From positions 16,551 to 80,550 of the forward strand of contig JASFHP010000005.1 in assembly GCA_050123155.1 (NCBI GenBank): DNA of 64,000 nucleotides, in the 5' to 3' direction. Both the position numbers and the translations under genes were made by a program. This DNA comes from Candidatus Bathyarchaeota archaeon (GTDB lineage Archaea > Thermoproteota > Bathyarchaeia > Bathyarchaeales > Bathyarchaeaceae). Numbering within the stretch: the stretch's first letter is position 1; the number at the start of each line of letters is the position of its first letter. Below, piece after piece: positions 1 through 8,231 of this stretch. The notes beneath the pieces are model-generated. The model was not told the origin of the DNA. It ran no database searches and worked only from the letters and a program-made list of their open reading frames with translations.

Positions 1-2564
1 GTCAAGTTGAAGTCGAAGTCTCCGTCGCCTCGGCGAGTTTCCTCCCAAAAAGAAATAGGGGCTTCGTCCACAATTTGGAATTCGCCCCGTTTGAAAAGGT
101 CGGAGGATGCAGCATCTACCGTCATTAGTACAAAATCTGAATTCTTAGAAGGCGATTGAAAATGTGGTAGTTCATAGAGAATGAAATCCTCGTTTTCAAA
201 CACCTTGAAAAGATAATCCTGAATGGATAGTAGATAACTTACCTCAGAGATGGGACTATATGGCAGAGTCAACGATTTAGCTCGATCCGATTTAGGGAGA
301 ACCAAGTATCTTATGTCAAAGCCTGAGGAAGTGTACATGTTTTCAGATATTAGGTCTAGAAAATGTTCAAGGTCCTCTGTAACTAGGAGAATCGGATGAT
401 AATTGCTTTCTACAAAGCCACGCCCAGAGAATGACTTAACACCCCATATAATGAGTTCTGGAGCCAAGACAGATTCGTTAGGAGTCGAGATGGATCTGAT
501 TGTTTGCATTAGTTCGAGATCACTTGCAGTATTAAAAGACGTGTTCGCAAATCTTTGCACACTTAAAAGGGTTGAAGAAAAACCGCCTATGAAAACTAGC
601 GCTAAGATAAACATTACTAGTATCCTCTTCAATACGTGAATTCGATTGGTTCTTGAATAAGAAAACATTTTGACAACCAAAAAAGAAGAAAGAATGGCAA
701 ATCCTATTCTTGCAAAGTTACTAATGCGTGCTTCATTGAATGGAAGATGAACAATATTAAAAGTCAATAACAAATTGGAGATTCGAGCTAACCCTAATGG
801 AACAATAGAAAGAATGAAACCAAAAATAAGTCCTTTAATTTGTTGGCTTTTGTAGAGAATATAAATCCCTAACACTCCAAGTATTAATGGAAATCCTAAA
901 CGAATCGGATAAAGATACCATGGAACACTTCCACCAGTTGAGTAGATACTCAAAGCAGATAATGTGTAGAACCAGACAATAATGCAGAAGCCCATAAAAT
1001 ATAACATGAGCAACAGTGTAAACTTGGAAAGAACAAATTTTTTTGCTAATGTGCGAAACAGCTGTAAGAGCTTTAATCGTTCGAGAATCGGAGAAAACAT
1101 AAAAGAGCCAAGCACAAGAAGTAAGATCAACAAAAACCTCATATTCATAAAAGCAAAAAGCGAACCAAGCGTTAGGGTGGGCACAAATGCCCAAATGAAA
1201 AAGAGAGAGAAAAACAATCCCATAAAAGTCGCTAAAGAGACTTTGTATGAACAAAACAGGTACTTTTTGTAGAAAAGGGTTATAAAAATAAAGAATGCCA
1301 TGAACATTACCATCTCAACAGTATGCCACAAGAACCCCTGCACGAACACTAGAAATATAATAGTGAGTCTGTTTTTCGGACTTAGATCAACATCTTTCTG
1401 TATCAAATATAAAAGAAGGAATAAACATGACAGCCCGATTATTTGCGGTTGATAAAGAAAGTCAAGAGCATTCATGCCACGTGTTATGTCAAAGGCTCTT
1501 TTTTGTGCCAAACTGATGGCCATATTGAAGTCTGTCCGCTCAAATAAAATTAGGGCTATTGTATACAAGCCGCCAAATCCTGAAAACAAGGTATATATCA
1601 TTGTGGCTGCTGTGCTCATTGTTTTTGATAAAAACTGATTGATTAATAGATAAAACGACAAGATAGGTAGAATTGACAAAAAAGTGAAAAACATATAAGC
1701 GTTGACAAAAGGAAAACCTGCCCCCACAAGAGACAATGCCGAATACAGATAACTATGTGGATAGTCAAGTTCGATGCTTATTAGTGAAATTGGAGCCCCG
1801 TCAATAGTCCGTAATGTGGCTCCGTAATGAACCCACTGGTCATAACCTTGAAAGAATTTATCAGGAAAATGCGTTGTCACAATCGCGAAGATAGCAAAGA
1901 GTAAGATGAGAGCAATAGGAATGAACAAACGAAAGTCAATACTAAAATTTCGTGGTCCCCTGTTACATGATTGAGACAACCCAAATTTAGGAGCAAAGAG
2001 TAGAAATAAAAAGAGAAGTACATTCACTGAAATCAATATATCGAACGCAGTTGCTGTAATGCTCCTCTCTAACAATTTTCCAAGCAACGCTATTAATGAT
2101 GAGAGAAATATGCTTAAATGCACAGAAATTAGTACCCTAGCTAAGAATCCAACAGTTTTTCCATACCCACTAATGAGTTTGAAAACAGCGTAGCCAGGAA
2201 AAAAAGTCGATAGGAGCATGGTCGCCAAAAGTCGTATGTAATTCATAAACGGAATTGTATTCCACTGCATGAAGAAATCAGGTTCTTCCAAAGATCTTAT
2301 GACCAAGACGGCAATAATTGAACATGACCAGATGGTGAACAATAATTTTTCTTCACTGAATCTGTAGTATATTTTTGCAACATAATGTGACCAATTTGGA
2401 GAAAAGATGTGTGTAAGCACGAAGAAAAGCGATGAAAGTGAAAACGAAAATAGAAATCTCATGAACCAAGATATGTTTTGTAGTAACCAAAAGCTCACAA
2501 AAAAAATGAGACCGGTTGTAATAACTGTGGCATATTCTACAACAAACTCGTTGAACCGGTTCAT
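1..2564 (-). CDS. Large polytopic integral membrane protein with hydrophilic C-terminal domain. The 3' end runs off the window (at least 854 codons). It is the terminal gene of glycan operon A.
   Basis: Hand translation of the minus strand from ATG at 2564 (in-frame TAA immediately upstream at 2567-2565) stays open to position 1. The frame was checked by modulo-3 at 836 and at the window edge. It is absent from the ORF track because it is edge-truncated. About 650 aa consist of successive hydrophobic helices, followed by about 200 aa of hydrophilic sequence (..NTSFNTASDLELMQTIRS..). Confidence 0.75.
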   Translation of the reverse strand, partial: MNRFNEFVVEYATVITTGLIFFVSFWLLQNISWFMRFLFSFSLSSLFFVLTHIFSPNWSHYVAKIYYRFSEEKLLFTIWSCSIIAVLVIRSLEEPDFFMQWNTIPFMNYIRLLATMLLSTFFPGYAVFKLISGYGKTVGFLARVLISVHLSIFLSSLIALLGKLLERSITATAFDILISVNVLLFLFLLFAPKFGLSQSCNRGPRNFSIDFRLFIPIALILLFAIFAIVTTHFPDKFFQGYDQWVHYGATLRTIDGAPISLISIELDYPHSYLYSALSLVGAGFPFVNAYMFFTFLSILPILSFYLLINQFLSKTMSTAATMIYTLFSGFGGLYTIALILFERTDFNMAISLAQKRAFDITRGMNALDFLYQPQIIGLSCLFLLLYLIQKDVDLSPKNRLTIIFLVFVQGFLWHTVEMVMFMAFFIFITLFYKKYLFCSYKVSLATFMGLFFSLFFIWAFVPTLTLGSLFAFMNMRFLLILLLVLGSFMFSPILERLKLLQLFRTLAKKFVLSKFTLLLMLYFMGFCIIVWFYTLSALSIYSTGGSVPWYLYPIRLGFPLILGVLGIYILYKSQQIKGLIFGFILSIVPLGLARISNLLLTFNIVHLPFNEARISNFARIGFAILSSFLVVKMFSYSRTNRIHVLKRILVMFILALVFIGGFSSTLLSVQRFANTSFNTASDLELMQTIRSISTPNESVLAPELIIWGVKSFSGRGFVESNYHPILLVTEDLEHFLDLISENMYTSSGFDIRYLVLPKSDRAKSLTLPYSPISEVSYLLSIQDYLFKVFENEDFILYELPHFQSPSKNSDFVLMTVDAASSDLFKRGEFQIVDEAPISFWEETRRGDGDFDFNL

Positions 2565-2625
2565 TTATTGCCCGCTTTTCCGTTTATCTTAAAAAGTGGT
2601 CATCAAGCACTTCGAGTGCCCATTA

Positions 2626-3333
2626 TCAGAGGATAATTTTGTCGTTCACAAATTGATGGGGTATATCTTCAAAGTGTATAACCGTATTATAATTGCTTTC
2701 TAAAACACCATCCGGATCGTAAAGGATCACCGGTGGTTCGTCTTCTCTTAGATCGGACAACTTGGACAAGTCGTCTAAAACATAGATATCCAAAGGGAAT
2801 CTTTTCAGAAATGCGATGCTCCTCTCGAAGAAAACAAATGTGCAAGATTTTAACCCATTGATGATTCCTTTCTTACGGATAACTCTTATGTCTAAATCTG
2901 AGGACTCGGTTATTTTTCCTCTCGAAAGGCTCCCAAAAGCACCGACAGCTAGAATACTCGTTTCTTGTTCGAAACGATTTTTTAATTTAACAATATACTT
3001 CAAGAATTGTGGGATACTCGTTTTCTTATATCCTATATCTTTAAGGAGAACAAACAGATGCCCATTGAAAACCCAATTGAACGTGTGTCCCATCAAGAAA
3101 GCTAAAAGCATCGAAAATTCCAATTTCACAAAGTTCACTAAAAAAGCAGTTATGAAGACGAAAACGATTAGTTCTAATGTTAAACAAAACATTTTCTCAC
3201 AAAAATCCATATGTAGCATACCATGAAATGTCCAATTAGTCCCAACAATTATGGTTTTTTTTGCAAAACTGGGCAAATATTTCATATCGAAAACTTTGCC
3301 ATAATAACTTTTTTTATCCATCCGATTCGCCAA
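2626..3333 (-). CDS. Membrane-anchored nucleotidyltransferase-domain protein (Pol-beta/MNT-like fold)
   Basis: The C-terminal half carries the minimal NTase signature GAFGSLSRGKITESSDLDIRV (GS..DxD). The N-terminal half has 2-3 hydrophobic helices (LELIVFVFITAFLVNFV, MLLAFLMGHTF). The TTG at 3333 abuts the upstream stop; ATG at 3321 is an alternative start. Confidence 0.6.
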   Translation of the reverse strand: MANRMDKKSYYGKVFDMKYLPSFAKKTIIVGTNWTFHGMLHMDFCEKMFCLTLELIVFVFITAFLVNFVKLEFSMLLAFLMGHTFNWVFNGHLFVLLKDIGYKKTSIPQFLKYIVKLKNRFEQETSILAVGAFGSLSRGKITESSDLDIRVIRKKGIINGLKSCTFVFFERSIAFLKRFPLDIYVLDDLSKLSDLREDEPPVILYDPDGVLESNYNTVIHFEDIPHQFVNDKIIL

Positions 3334-3816
3334 TCATACGTTCGCGATTTGTTTCAGAAACGCCGTGATTACACACTGAAGTATATGTCTTTCTTCATTA
3401 TTCACTTTTCCTATTTGTAGGTCTTTGTCCAATAGCAGTCGTTTGAGATTGTCTGTATCATTAGTAACATATATCAATTTTTCATTTTTCAATGCTTCAG
3501 CCAATTCGACGGATGCTTCATCAAGTTTTTCTCCGTATTTTTTAGACCTAGGGAACACAATTAGTGGTTTAGCAGCTACTAATGTATGTATTATGCTCCC
3601 AGCTCCACCATGAGATACGATAACTCTCGATGATTCTATTCGCTTCTTGAATTGTTTAATTGTTTCAAACCTAAACCATTCCCCATTCTTTGGAATGTAG
3701 GTGGTGAAACCGATTTGAAAAACTACACGTTCCGAGATCTCGCCGGCCACAATATCCATAATTCTTAACAATCGTGTGAACTGATATTTTCCGGTTCCCA
3801 CAGTAACAAAAATCAA
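3334..3816 (-). CDS. Alg13-like glycosyltransferase subunit (GT28 C-terminal domain; EpsF/PssE type)
   Basis: N-terminus MIFVTVGTG, then ..VSHGGAGSI..; size is 160 aa. There is a TTGA start/stop overlap with the Alg14-like gene upstream. Confidence 0.75.
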   Translation of the reverse strand: MIFVTVGTGKYQFTRLLRIMDIVAGEISERVVFQIGFTTYIPKNGEWFRFETIKQFKKRIESSRVIVSHGGAGSIIHTLVAAKPLIVFPRSKKYGEKLDEASVELAEALKNEKLIYVTNDTDNLKRLLLDKDLQIGKVNNEERHILQCVITAFLKQIANV

Positions 3817-4274
3817 ACTACTCTACCGCAATACAATGCTCGTTTACCATACTTGTCCAGCAAACTGCGCCATTGTACCAAAAACAAATCCGCTAACGGG
3901 TATGCAAATTTTCCTGTCATTGAAGGAGTTGACACCCTTGTAAATGACTCTATATAAACTATTTTTGCACCTAACAATTTTCCCAAATATAAGAAAGGTA
4001 ATGCTATCTCAGAGCCAGTGGATATTATTAAACGTGGTTTCTCTTTGATTAATATCAACAGTGCATCTAAAGTTGCCAATACAAGAGTTACAGACAAGTT
4101 TAATGGGCCTTCTCCATAATGTTTCAAGAGGTATGAGTTAGAATTATTCAACCAATCCGAACGGTATGTAACCCAGAAACAAGCATAGCGTTGAAAAATA
4201 CTTGAGAGAGACTGCAATTCTGTAAAATGACCACCTGCAGAACAAACCAAACAAATCTTCATACTATTTTTCAT
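3813..4274 (-). CDS. Alg14-like membrane-associated glycosyltransferase subunit (partner of Alg13-like)
   Basis: MKICLVCSAGGHFTELQSL motif (the GGH box typical of the Alg14/PssD/CpsF family). Size is 153 aa, and it lies directly upstream of and overlapping the Alg13-like gene. Confidence 0.75.
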   Translation of the reverse strand: MKNSMKICLVCSAGGHFTELQSLSSIFQRYACFWVTYRSDWLNNSNSYLLKHYGEGPLNLSVTLVLATLDALLILIKEKPRLIISTGSEIALPFLYLGKLLGAKIVYIESFTRVSTPSMTGKFAYPLADLFLVQWRSLLDKYGKRALYCGRVV

Positions 4275-4318
4275 TTTTTTCTTTAGTAAATACTCGGGTT
4301 AATTAGAGGAAATATATA

Positions 4319-5317
4319 CTATATGAAATGTGAAAACAGATCCCCAAAATTCTCAAGTATTTTATTTATTTTCTCATTTGCTTGACTTAAAAAAGGATGC
4401 GAAAAATTGGATACAAACAGACTTGTTACAAAGCGATCAGATTTTTTTCTTTTTTTCTGAATTAGTAATCGTTTTTTTCTGATGTAGGATTTCAATTTAA
4501 GTATGTCAGAATAGGCCCTAATTTTTTTGTGGAGTAGCCCTCGAGAAATACAAAAACAAATCGTTGAGATTTCAATAAGCAGAAGGTAAGGGAATAGCAG
4601 AATTAATGTTCTCTTTGAATAGTTCTTCAATAAAGTAATTATTCGATTTCTTTCTGAGAAAAAAATTTTTCTTGGCAAGTTCGAAGAAGACCCCCAGCGA
4701 TGATAGATGACAGCTGAGGGAACAAATAAACTTCTTAGCCCCATCAATCGTGCTCTCCACCCCCAATCTAAATCTTCTTTATACGCAAAATAAATAGGAT
4801 CAAGATAACCAACTTTCTCGATGGTTTTCCGTGGAAACATAACACATGCCCCAGAAGCATAACCAACACAGTCAACATTTTGATACAACGTTTCCGGTTC
4901 GTTTATACCTCTCATTACAGTGAATCCTCCAAAAGTAATCATATTCCCTGCTGAGTTCAGCAATTTTACGTTGTCATATAATAAAATCTTAGGTTGGTAG
5001 AATGCTGCTTTTTGCTTTTTTGCCACTTCAATTAACTTTCGTATACAAGTTTTTTCCATACAAGTGTCGTAATTCAGCAGTATTATGAAATCTCCTACAG
5101 AGTTGTAGATTCCTAGATTATTACCGATACTGAAACCCAAGTTTCTCTTGAGGGTTATGAGACGAATATCTGGAAATCGATTTTTAGCTAATTTAGCACT
5201 TCCATCTGATGAATTATTGTCCACCAATATCACTTCGAAAGGTTCATAATCTGAATCAAAAAGCGATTGTAGACAGTCTAGAATCACCTCTCTTCCATTG
5301 TAATTTAATACAACCAA
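4319..5317 (-). CDS. Glycosyltransferase family 2
   Basis: (VSL)VVLNYNGREV..EVILVDNNSSDGS..; GT-A fold motifs including a DxD-like YKEDLDW. The listed TTG start truncates the first beta-strand, and the frame is open upstream to 5389 (see finding on ATA at 5386). Confidence 0.8.
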   Translation of the reverse strand: MVVLNYNGREVILDCLQSLFDSDYEPFEVILVDNNSSDGSAKLAKNRFPDIRLITLKRNLGFSIGNNLGIYNSVGDFIILLNYDTCMEKTCIRKLIEVAKKQKAAFYQPKILLYDNVKLLNSAGNMITFGGFTVMRGINEPETLYQNVDCVGYASGACVMFPRKTIEKVGYLDPIYFAYKEDLDWGWRARLMGLRSLFVPSAVIYHRWGSSSNLPRKIFFSERNRIITLLKNYSKRTLILLFPYLLLIEISTICFCISRGLLHKKIRAYSDILKLKSYIRKKRLLIQKKRKKSDRFVTSLFVSNFSHPFLSQANEKINKILENFGDLFSHFI

Positions 5318-5382
5318 ACTTACTAGAGGATTCGATTTTCTATTTGACGTGTAGTTTGAAATTATTAAAATAGAGATCTCTT

Positions 5383-6414
5383 CTATTGTCTACTCTTATG
5401 GTCCAATTGGAGATTTTGAATTTGATGGCGGATCACGTCTTGTAAAATGATCTCATATTCTTCTTTTTTGGTTTTTTGATCTATTGTCAATTTTTTTGTT
5501 CGATAAAGTATTTCTTCTTGTAGAAGTCTCTGTCTAGTGAACATGTCTGCAAATAGGGCCAGTATACCTAGCATAAAACCAATAACCAACATTCCCACGG
5601 TTATTGGTATTAGAGAAGTGAATGGTGAAGTCCTTCCTGTTACGAACCAATTATAAGTAACAAATAGACCAGATGCAAGACCGATCAATAAGAATAGAAG
5701 ACTAATAGACCCAAAGAAGAGGAACGGTCTATAATCTCGTAGAGTTTTAATTATAATACTTAGAGCTTTTGATGTATAGTTATACCAACTTTTTACAACT
5801 CTAGATTTTCCATTATTTCTTTCATCCACTGTTATGGGGACCTCTTTTAATGTTAGCCCCTTAAAAACTAAATCCATAATTGCCTCTTGAGTGTAAGTAA
5901 ATCGCCCCACGGCAGTTAATTTTAAAGCAGCCTCTTTGGAATAAGCTCGGAATCCAGATTGGGAATCGGTGATCTTTTTTCCAATAATAATGCTTAGGAT
6001 CTTAGAAAAAACTCTATTTCCAAGGTTTTTGATCCAATTCATATTGGACTGTTTTGTCTCCTCTAAAAATCTGGAGCCAATAACAAAATCTGCTTCACCA
6101 TTTTCTATCGGTTCAACTAATTTTGGGATATCAATTGGGTCATGTTGTCCATCTGCATCTAATGTCACAATTATATCAGGGTTGTGTTCTAATGCTGCAT
6201 TTATGCCTACTTGAAAAGCTTTTCCTACACCTTTATTGGATTTCAACTTAACAACCTTATCTGCTCCACTATTCATAGCCTTCAAAACCGTACTGTCCCT
6301 CGAACCATCATCAATAACAATAAGAGTGTCAACTATGTTACGAGGAATTCTGACCATCACTTCACCTATAGACTCCTCTTCGTTGAAAGCGGGGATAAGA
6401 ACACAAATTCTCAT
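5383..6414 (-). CDS. DPM1-like GT2 (dolichyl/polyprenyl-phosphate hexose synthase type) with C-terminal transmembrane helices
   Basis: MRICVLIPAFNEEESIGEV..VIDDGSRDST..TLDADGQHDP. Two C-terminal hydrophobic helices (FLFFGSISLLFLLIGLASGLFV; IPITVGMLVIGFMLGILALF). Confidence 0.8.
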   Translation of the reverse strand: MRICVLIPAFNEEESIGEVMVRIPRNIVDTLIVIDDGSRDSTVLKAMNSGADKVVKLKSNKGVGKAFQVGINAALEHNPDIIVTLDADGQHDPIDIPKLVEPIENGEADFVIGSRFLEETKQSNMNWIKNLGNRVFSKILSIIIGKKITDSQSGFRAYSKEAALKLTAVGRFTYTQEAIMDLVFKGLTLKEVPITVDERNNGKSRVVKSWYNYTSKALSIIIKTLRDYRPFLFFGSISLLFLLIGLASGLFVTYNWFVTGRTSPFTSLIPITVGMLVIGFMLGILALFADMFTRQRLLQEEILYRTKKLTIDQKTKKEEYEIILQDVIRHQIQNLQLDHKSRQ

Positions 6415-6821
6415 TTCATATGATAGCCAGAGCTTATTTTTTCAAAAATATTTGACTTACACAGAATTCTACCAAAATGATAAGTGGAGAGTGCACGTAT
6501 CTCGTAAGTTCCAATCTTCAAGCTAAAAAACTTCAAAAACAGAGATTCTACCATCTTCGACAATAACAATCTCTTTCTTGGCTTCAAATAATCGGTCTTT
6601 GCAAGCACCTTGAAAAGCCGCCCCACAACCTTCACCTCATCCTTCGTAGAAACAACAATTGACAGTACAGGTAAGCTTTTCTGGCTACCACCAGAAAATT
6701 TCCTTTTTCGTTTGCCTAAGCTAAGGCTTCTAACCCCAGCAACAACAATAGGAATATTGCACAATGTCCAGGCATACAGCAGAGAGATGACAATAACAGC
6801 AACCAAATGCAGTGGATTCAT
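6411..6821 (-). pseudogene. Decayed 5' remnant of a processive-type GT2, paralogous to 24366-25631
   Basis: The first ~75 codons align with the N-terminus of the 421-aa GT2 (MNPL..YAWTL.NIPIVVAGVR..KRKFSGGSQKSLP..KVVGRL). A 1-nt deletion relative to copy B near 6570-6580 (ctctttcttg versus ctcttttttgt) breaks the frame. Homology then fades, and the catalytic domain and QxxRW motif are missing. Confidence 0.75.
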
Positions 6822-6855
6822 ATCAGCTAAAGCTCTTTGTAGTTACTAGTTGCAC

Positions 6856-7251
6856 CTAAGTCTTGAATGATGAGAGACGGCTAATCGTCAAATACTGGAT
6901 GAAGCCACGGTCTTTAGCCCAGGACTTGGCTGTCCTGTTGCCCCAAGCTTGGCCTGTTTTGGAGATGTTTTCTGCTAGGGTTCGCCCCTCGGTTCTCATG
7001 AGGCGAAATATCCTGCTCTCCATGGCTTCACACAATTTACCAACTATTCGGGAAACCAGTTTGGCTAAAAAGAAGCTGCGTATCCGCTGGACAACTCTGA
7101 TCGTCAAATCTAGAAGCTTTCGCTCACTATGCTTCAGATCTCTGAACCACACGCCTCTACGTCTAGCCTTTAACCTCAACTTAGCCAATGCTTCCCTAGT
7201 AAGAGGGACCGATCTGACGCCATTACTTGATCTTCCTGATTTGACACACAA
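6856..7251 (-). CDS. Uncharacterised Arg/Lys-rich, predicted all-helical protein (copy A); partner of the AbrB-like gene
   Basis: About 80% identical by eye over ~115 aa to 25666-26073. The TTG start is conserved in both copies and lies 29 nt inside the upstream AbrB-like ORF. I recognise no PIN, MazF or other toxin motifs. Confidence 0.65.
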   Translation of the reverse strand: MCVKSGRSSNGVRSVPLTREALAKLRLKARRRGVWFRDLKHSERKLLDLTIRVVQRIRSFFLAKLVSRIVGKLCEAMESRIFRLMRTEGRTLAENISKTGQAWGNRTAKSWAKDRGFIQYLTISRLSSFKT

Positions 7252-7417
7252 CCAAATCGCCCTCTTTCAAATCGTAAGCGTCCCTCAGCTCCTTCGGAAC
7301 AGTGACCCTACCCTCTCTTCTCATGTACACCGTGAAGATGTTCCCCTCTTTCCTGTCACGTGACATCATTTTGAACCCCAAGAAGTTACTCGTGCCTTTC
7401 AATGATATCTGAGACAT
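7223..7417 (-). CDS. AbrB/SpoVT-type small DNA-binding protein (copy A)
   Basis: C-terminal 48 aa MMSRDRKEGNIFTVYMRREGRVTVPKELRDAYDLKEGDLVVCQIRKIK fits the looped-hinge-helix (SpoVT-AbrB) pattern G.v.tvPkelR..l.l.eGD.v. Candidate starts are ATG 7417 (GGAGGG 4 nt upstream) or ATGATG at 7369. The 122-aa track ORF (to 7591) is probably over-extended. Confidence 0.7.
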   Translation of the reverse strand: MSQISLKGTSNFLGFKMMSRDRKEGNIFTVYMRREGRVTVPKELRDAYDLKEGDLVVCQIRKIK

Positions 7418-7886
7418 TTTTCCCTCCACAAATAAAAGATTTACGGTATATTGACGGTACTTAGACCTGAAATGAACGTTTCTCAGAAAAAGAGTGAAAA
7501 TAAAATGTAAAAACGTGTACTCGTAGTTAAGGACACTTCTGGAGTCAAAAATCACCGCACCATCTACGAAATTAACAGAGACAAAACTCAACGATCATAT
7601 TGGCATCGGACACAAAAAAAGGCTACAGCAATTTCTCAAAAGCATTCTAAATCACGGCTCCCATCCAAATCAACCGTATCCACAAAAATTGACAGCATTA
7701 GTTTAAAACGAGAAAAACATGATGTAACACGTATTTCATTCGTGAAGACGTTACTGCGTGTGCTACGCTGTTTAGAGATTAATCGTTTGTCACATGTTGA
7801 TTCTTTCTGTCAACTGCTTATATTTTCTGTTCTGATGATCACCCCAATCTGAAATAAAAATATTGGGAAATGGATTGTCTTAGATG

Positions 7887-8120
7887 TTATTTACTTTCAT
7901 TCGCATCTGATTTAAACTTGATGCGAATTACGCCTAGCATGATCAGAGCTCCGAAAATTCCAATTATAACTAATGCTGGCACCAGAAAAGTCGTTATGAA
8001 GTTTATTGGGGCTACTTCTCCTCCAACCGTTTCATAGCCATTTCCCCATACATTGCCTATGAGAGAAACTGCAACCACAAGAGCCATAACTGTAATCATT
8101 ATTTTAGATGTTCTTTGCAT
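7887..8120 (-). CDS. Small secreted/membrane protein (signal-like N-terminus, C-terminal TM helix and basic tail)
   Basis: 77 aa: N-terminal hydrophobic segment IMITVMALVVAVSLIGNVWG, C-terminal helix LVPALVIIGIFGALIMLGVI followed by RIKFK. Confidence 0.45.
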   Translation of the reverse strand: MQRTSKIMITVMALVVAVSLIGNVWGNGYETVGGEVAPINFITTFLVPALVIIGIFGALIMLGVIRIKFKSDANESK

Positions 8121-8231
8121 TTTTACCCCACCAGTACCCTTCCTATGCGGTAGTTATATATTAGTTTTTCTACTCTAAACCGTATCAATAAGAATTAAAC
8201 AAGCAGTCAGGAAAAATCGTGTGACACAAAA

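Larger units (their letters stand above)
6545..7417 (-). repeat. Segmental duplication, copy A (AbrB-like gene, helical-protein gene, 5' end of GT2)
   Basis: Nucleotide-level similarity (~80% by eye) to 25369-26215. One example shared string is gcttcgcccctcggttctcatgaggcgaaata, with only a few mismatches in the flanking sequence. Confidence 0.85.

Noticed and set aside
835-1272. Track ORFs 835-1254 (minus) and 982-1272 (plus)
   Set aside because: Both lie inside, and out of frame with, the edge-truncated ORF of at least 854 codons at 1-2564 (minus).
6411-6821. 136-aa ORF treated as an intact gene
   Set aside because: Only its first ~75 residues match the 421-aa paralog. A frameshift and loss of the whole catalytic domain indicate a remnant, so it is annotated as a pseudogene.
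7418-7591. N-terminal extension of the 122-aa ORF 7223-7591
   Set aside because: The extension has no counterpart in copy B. It is hydrophobic or irregular, and a GGAGGG-ATG (7417) or the ATGATG at 7369 gives the conserved AbrB-size product.
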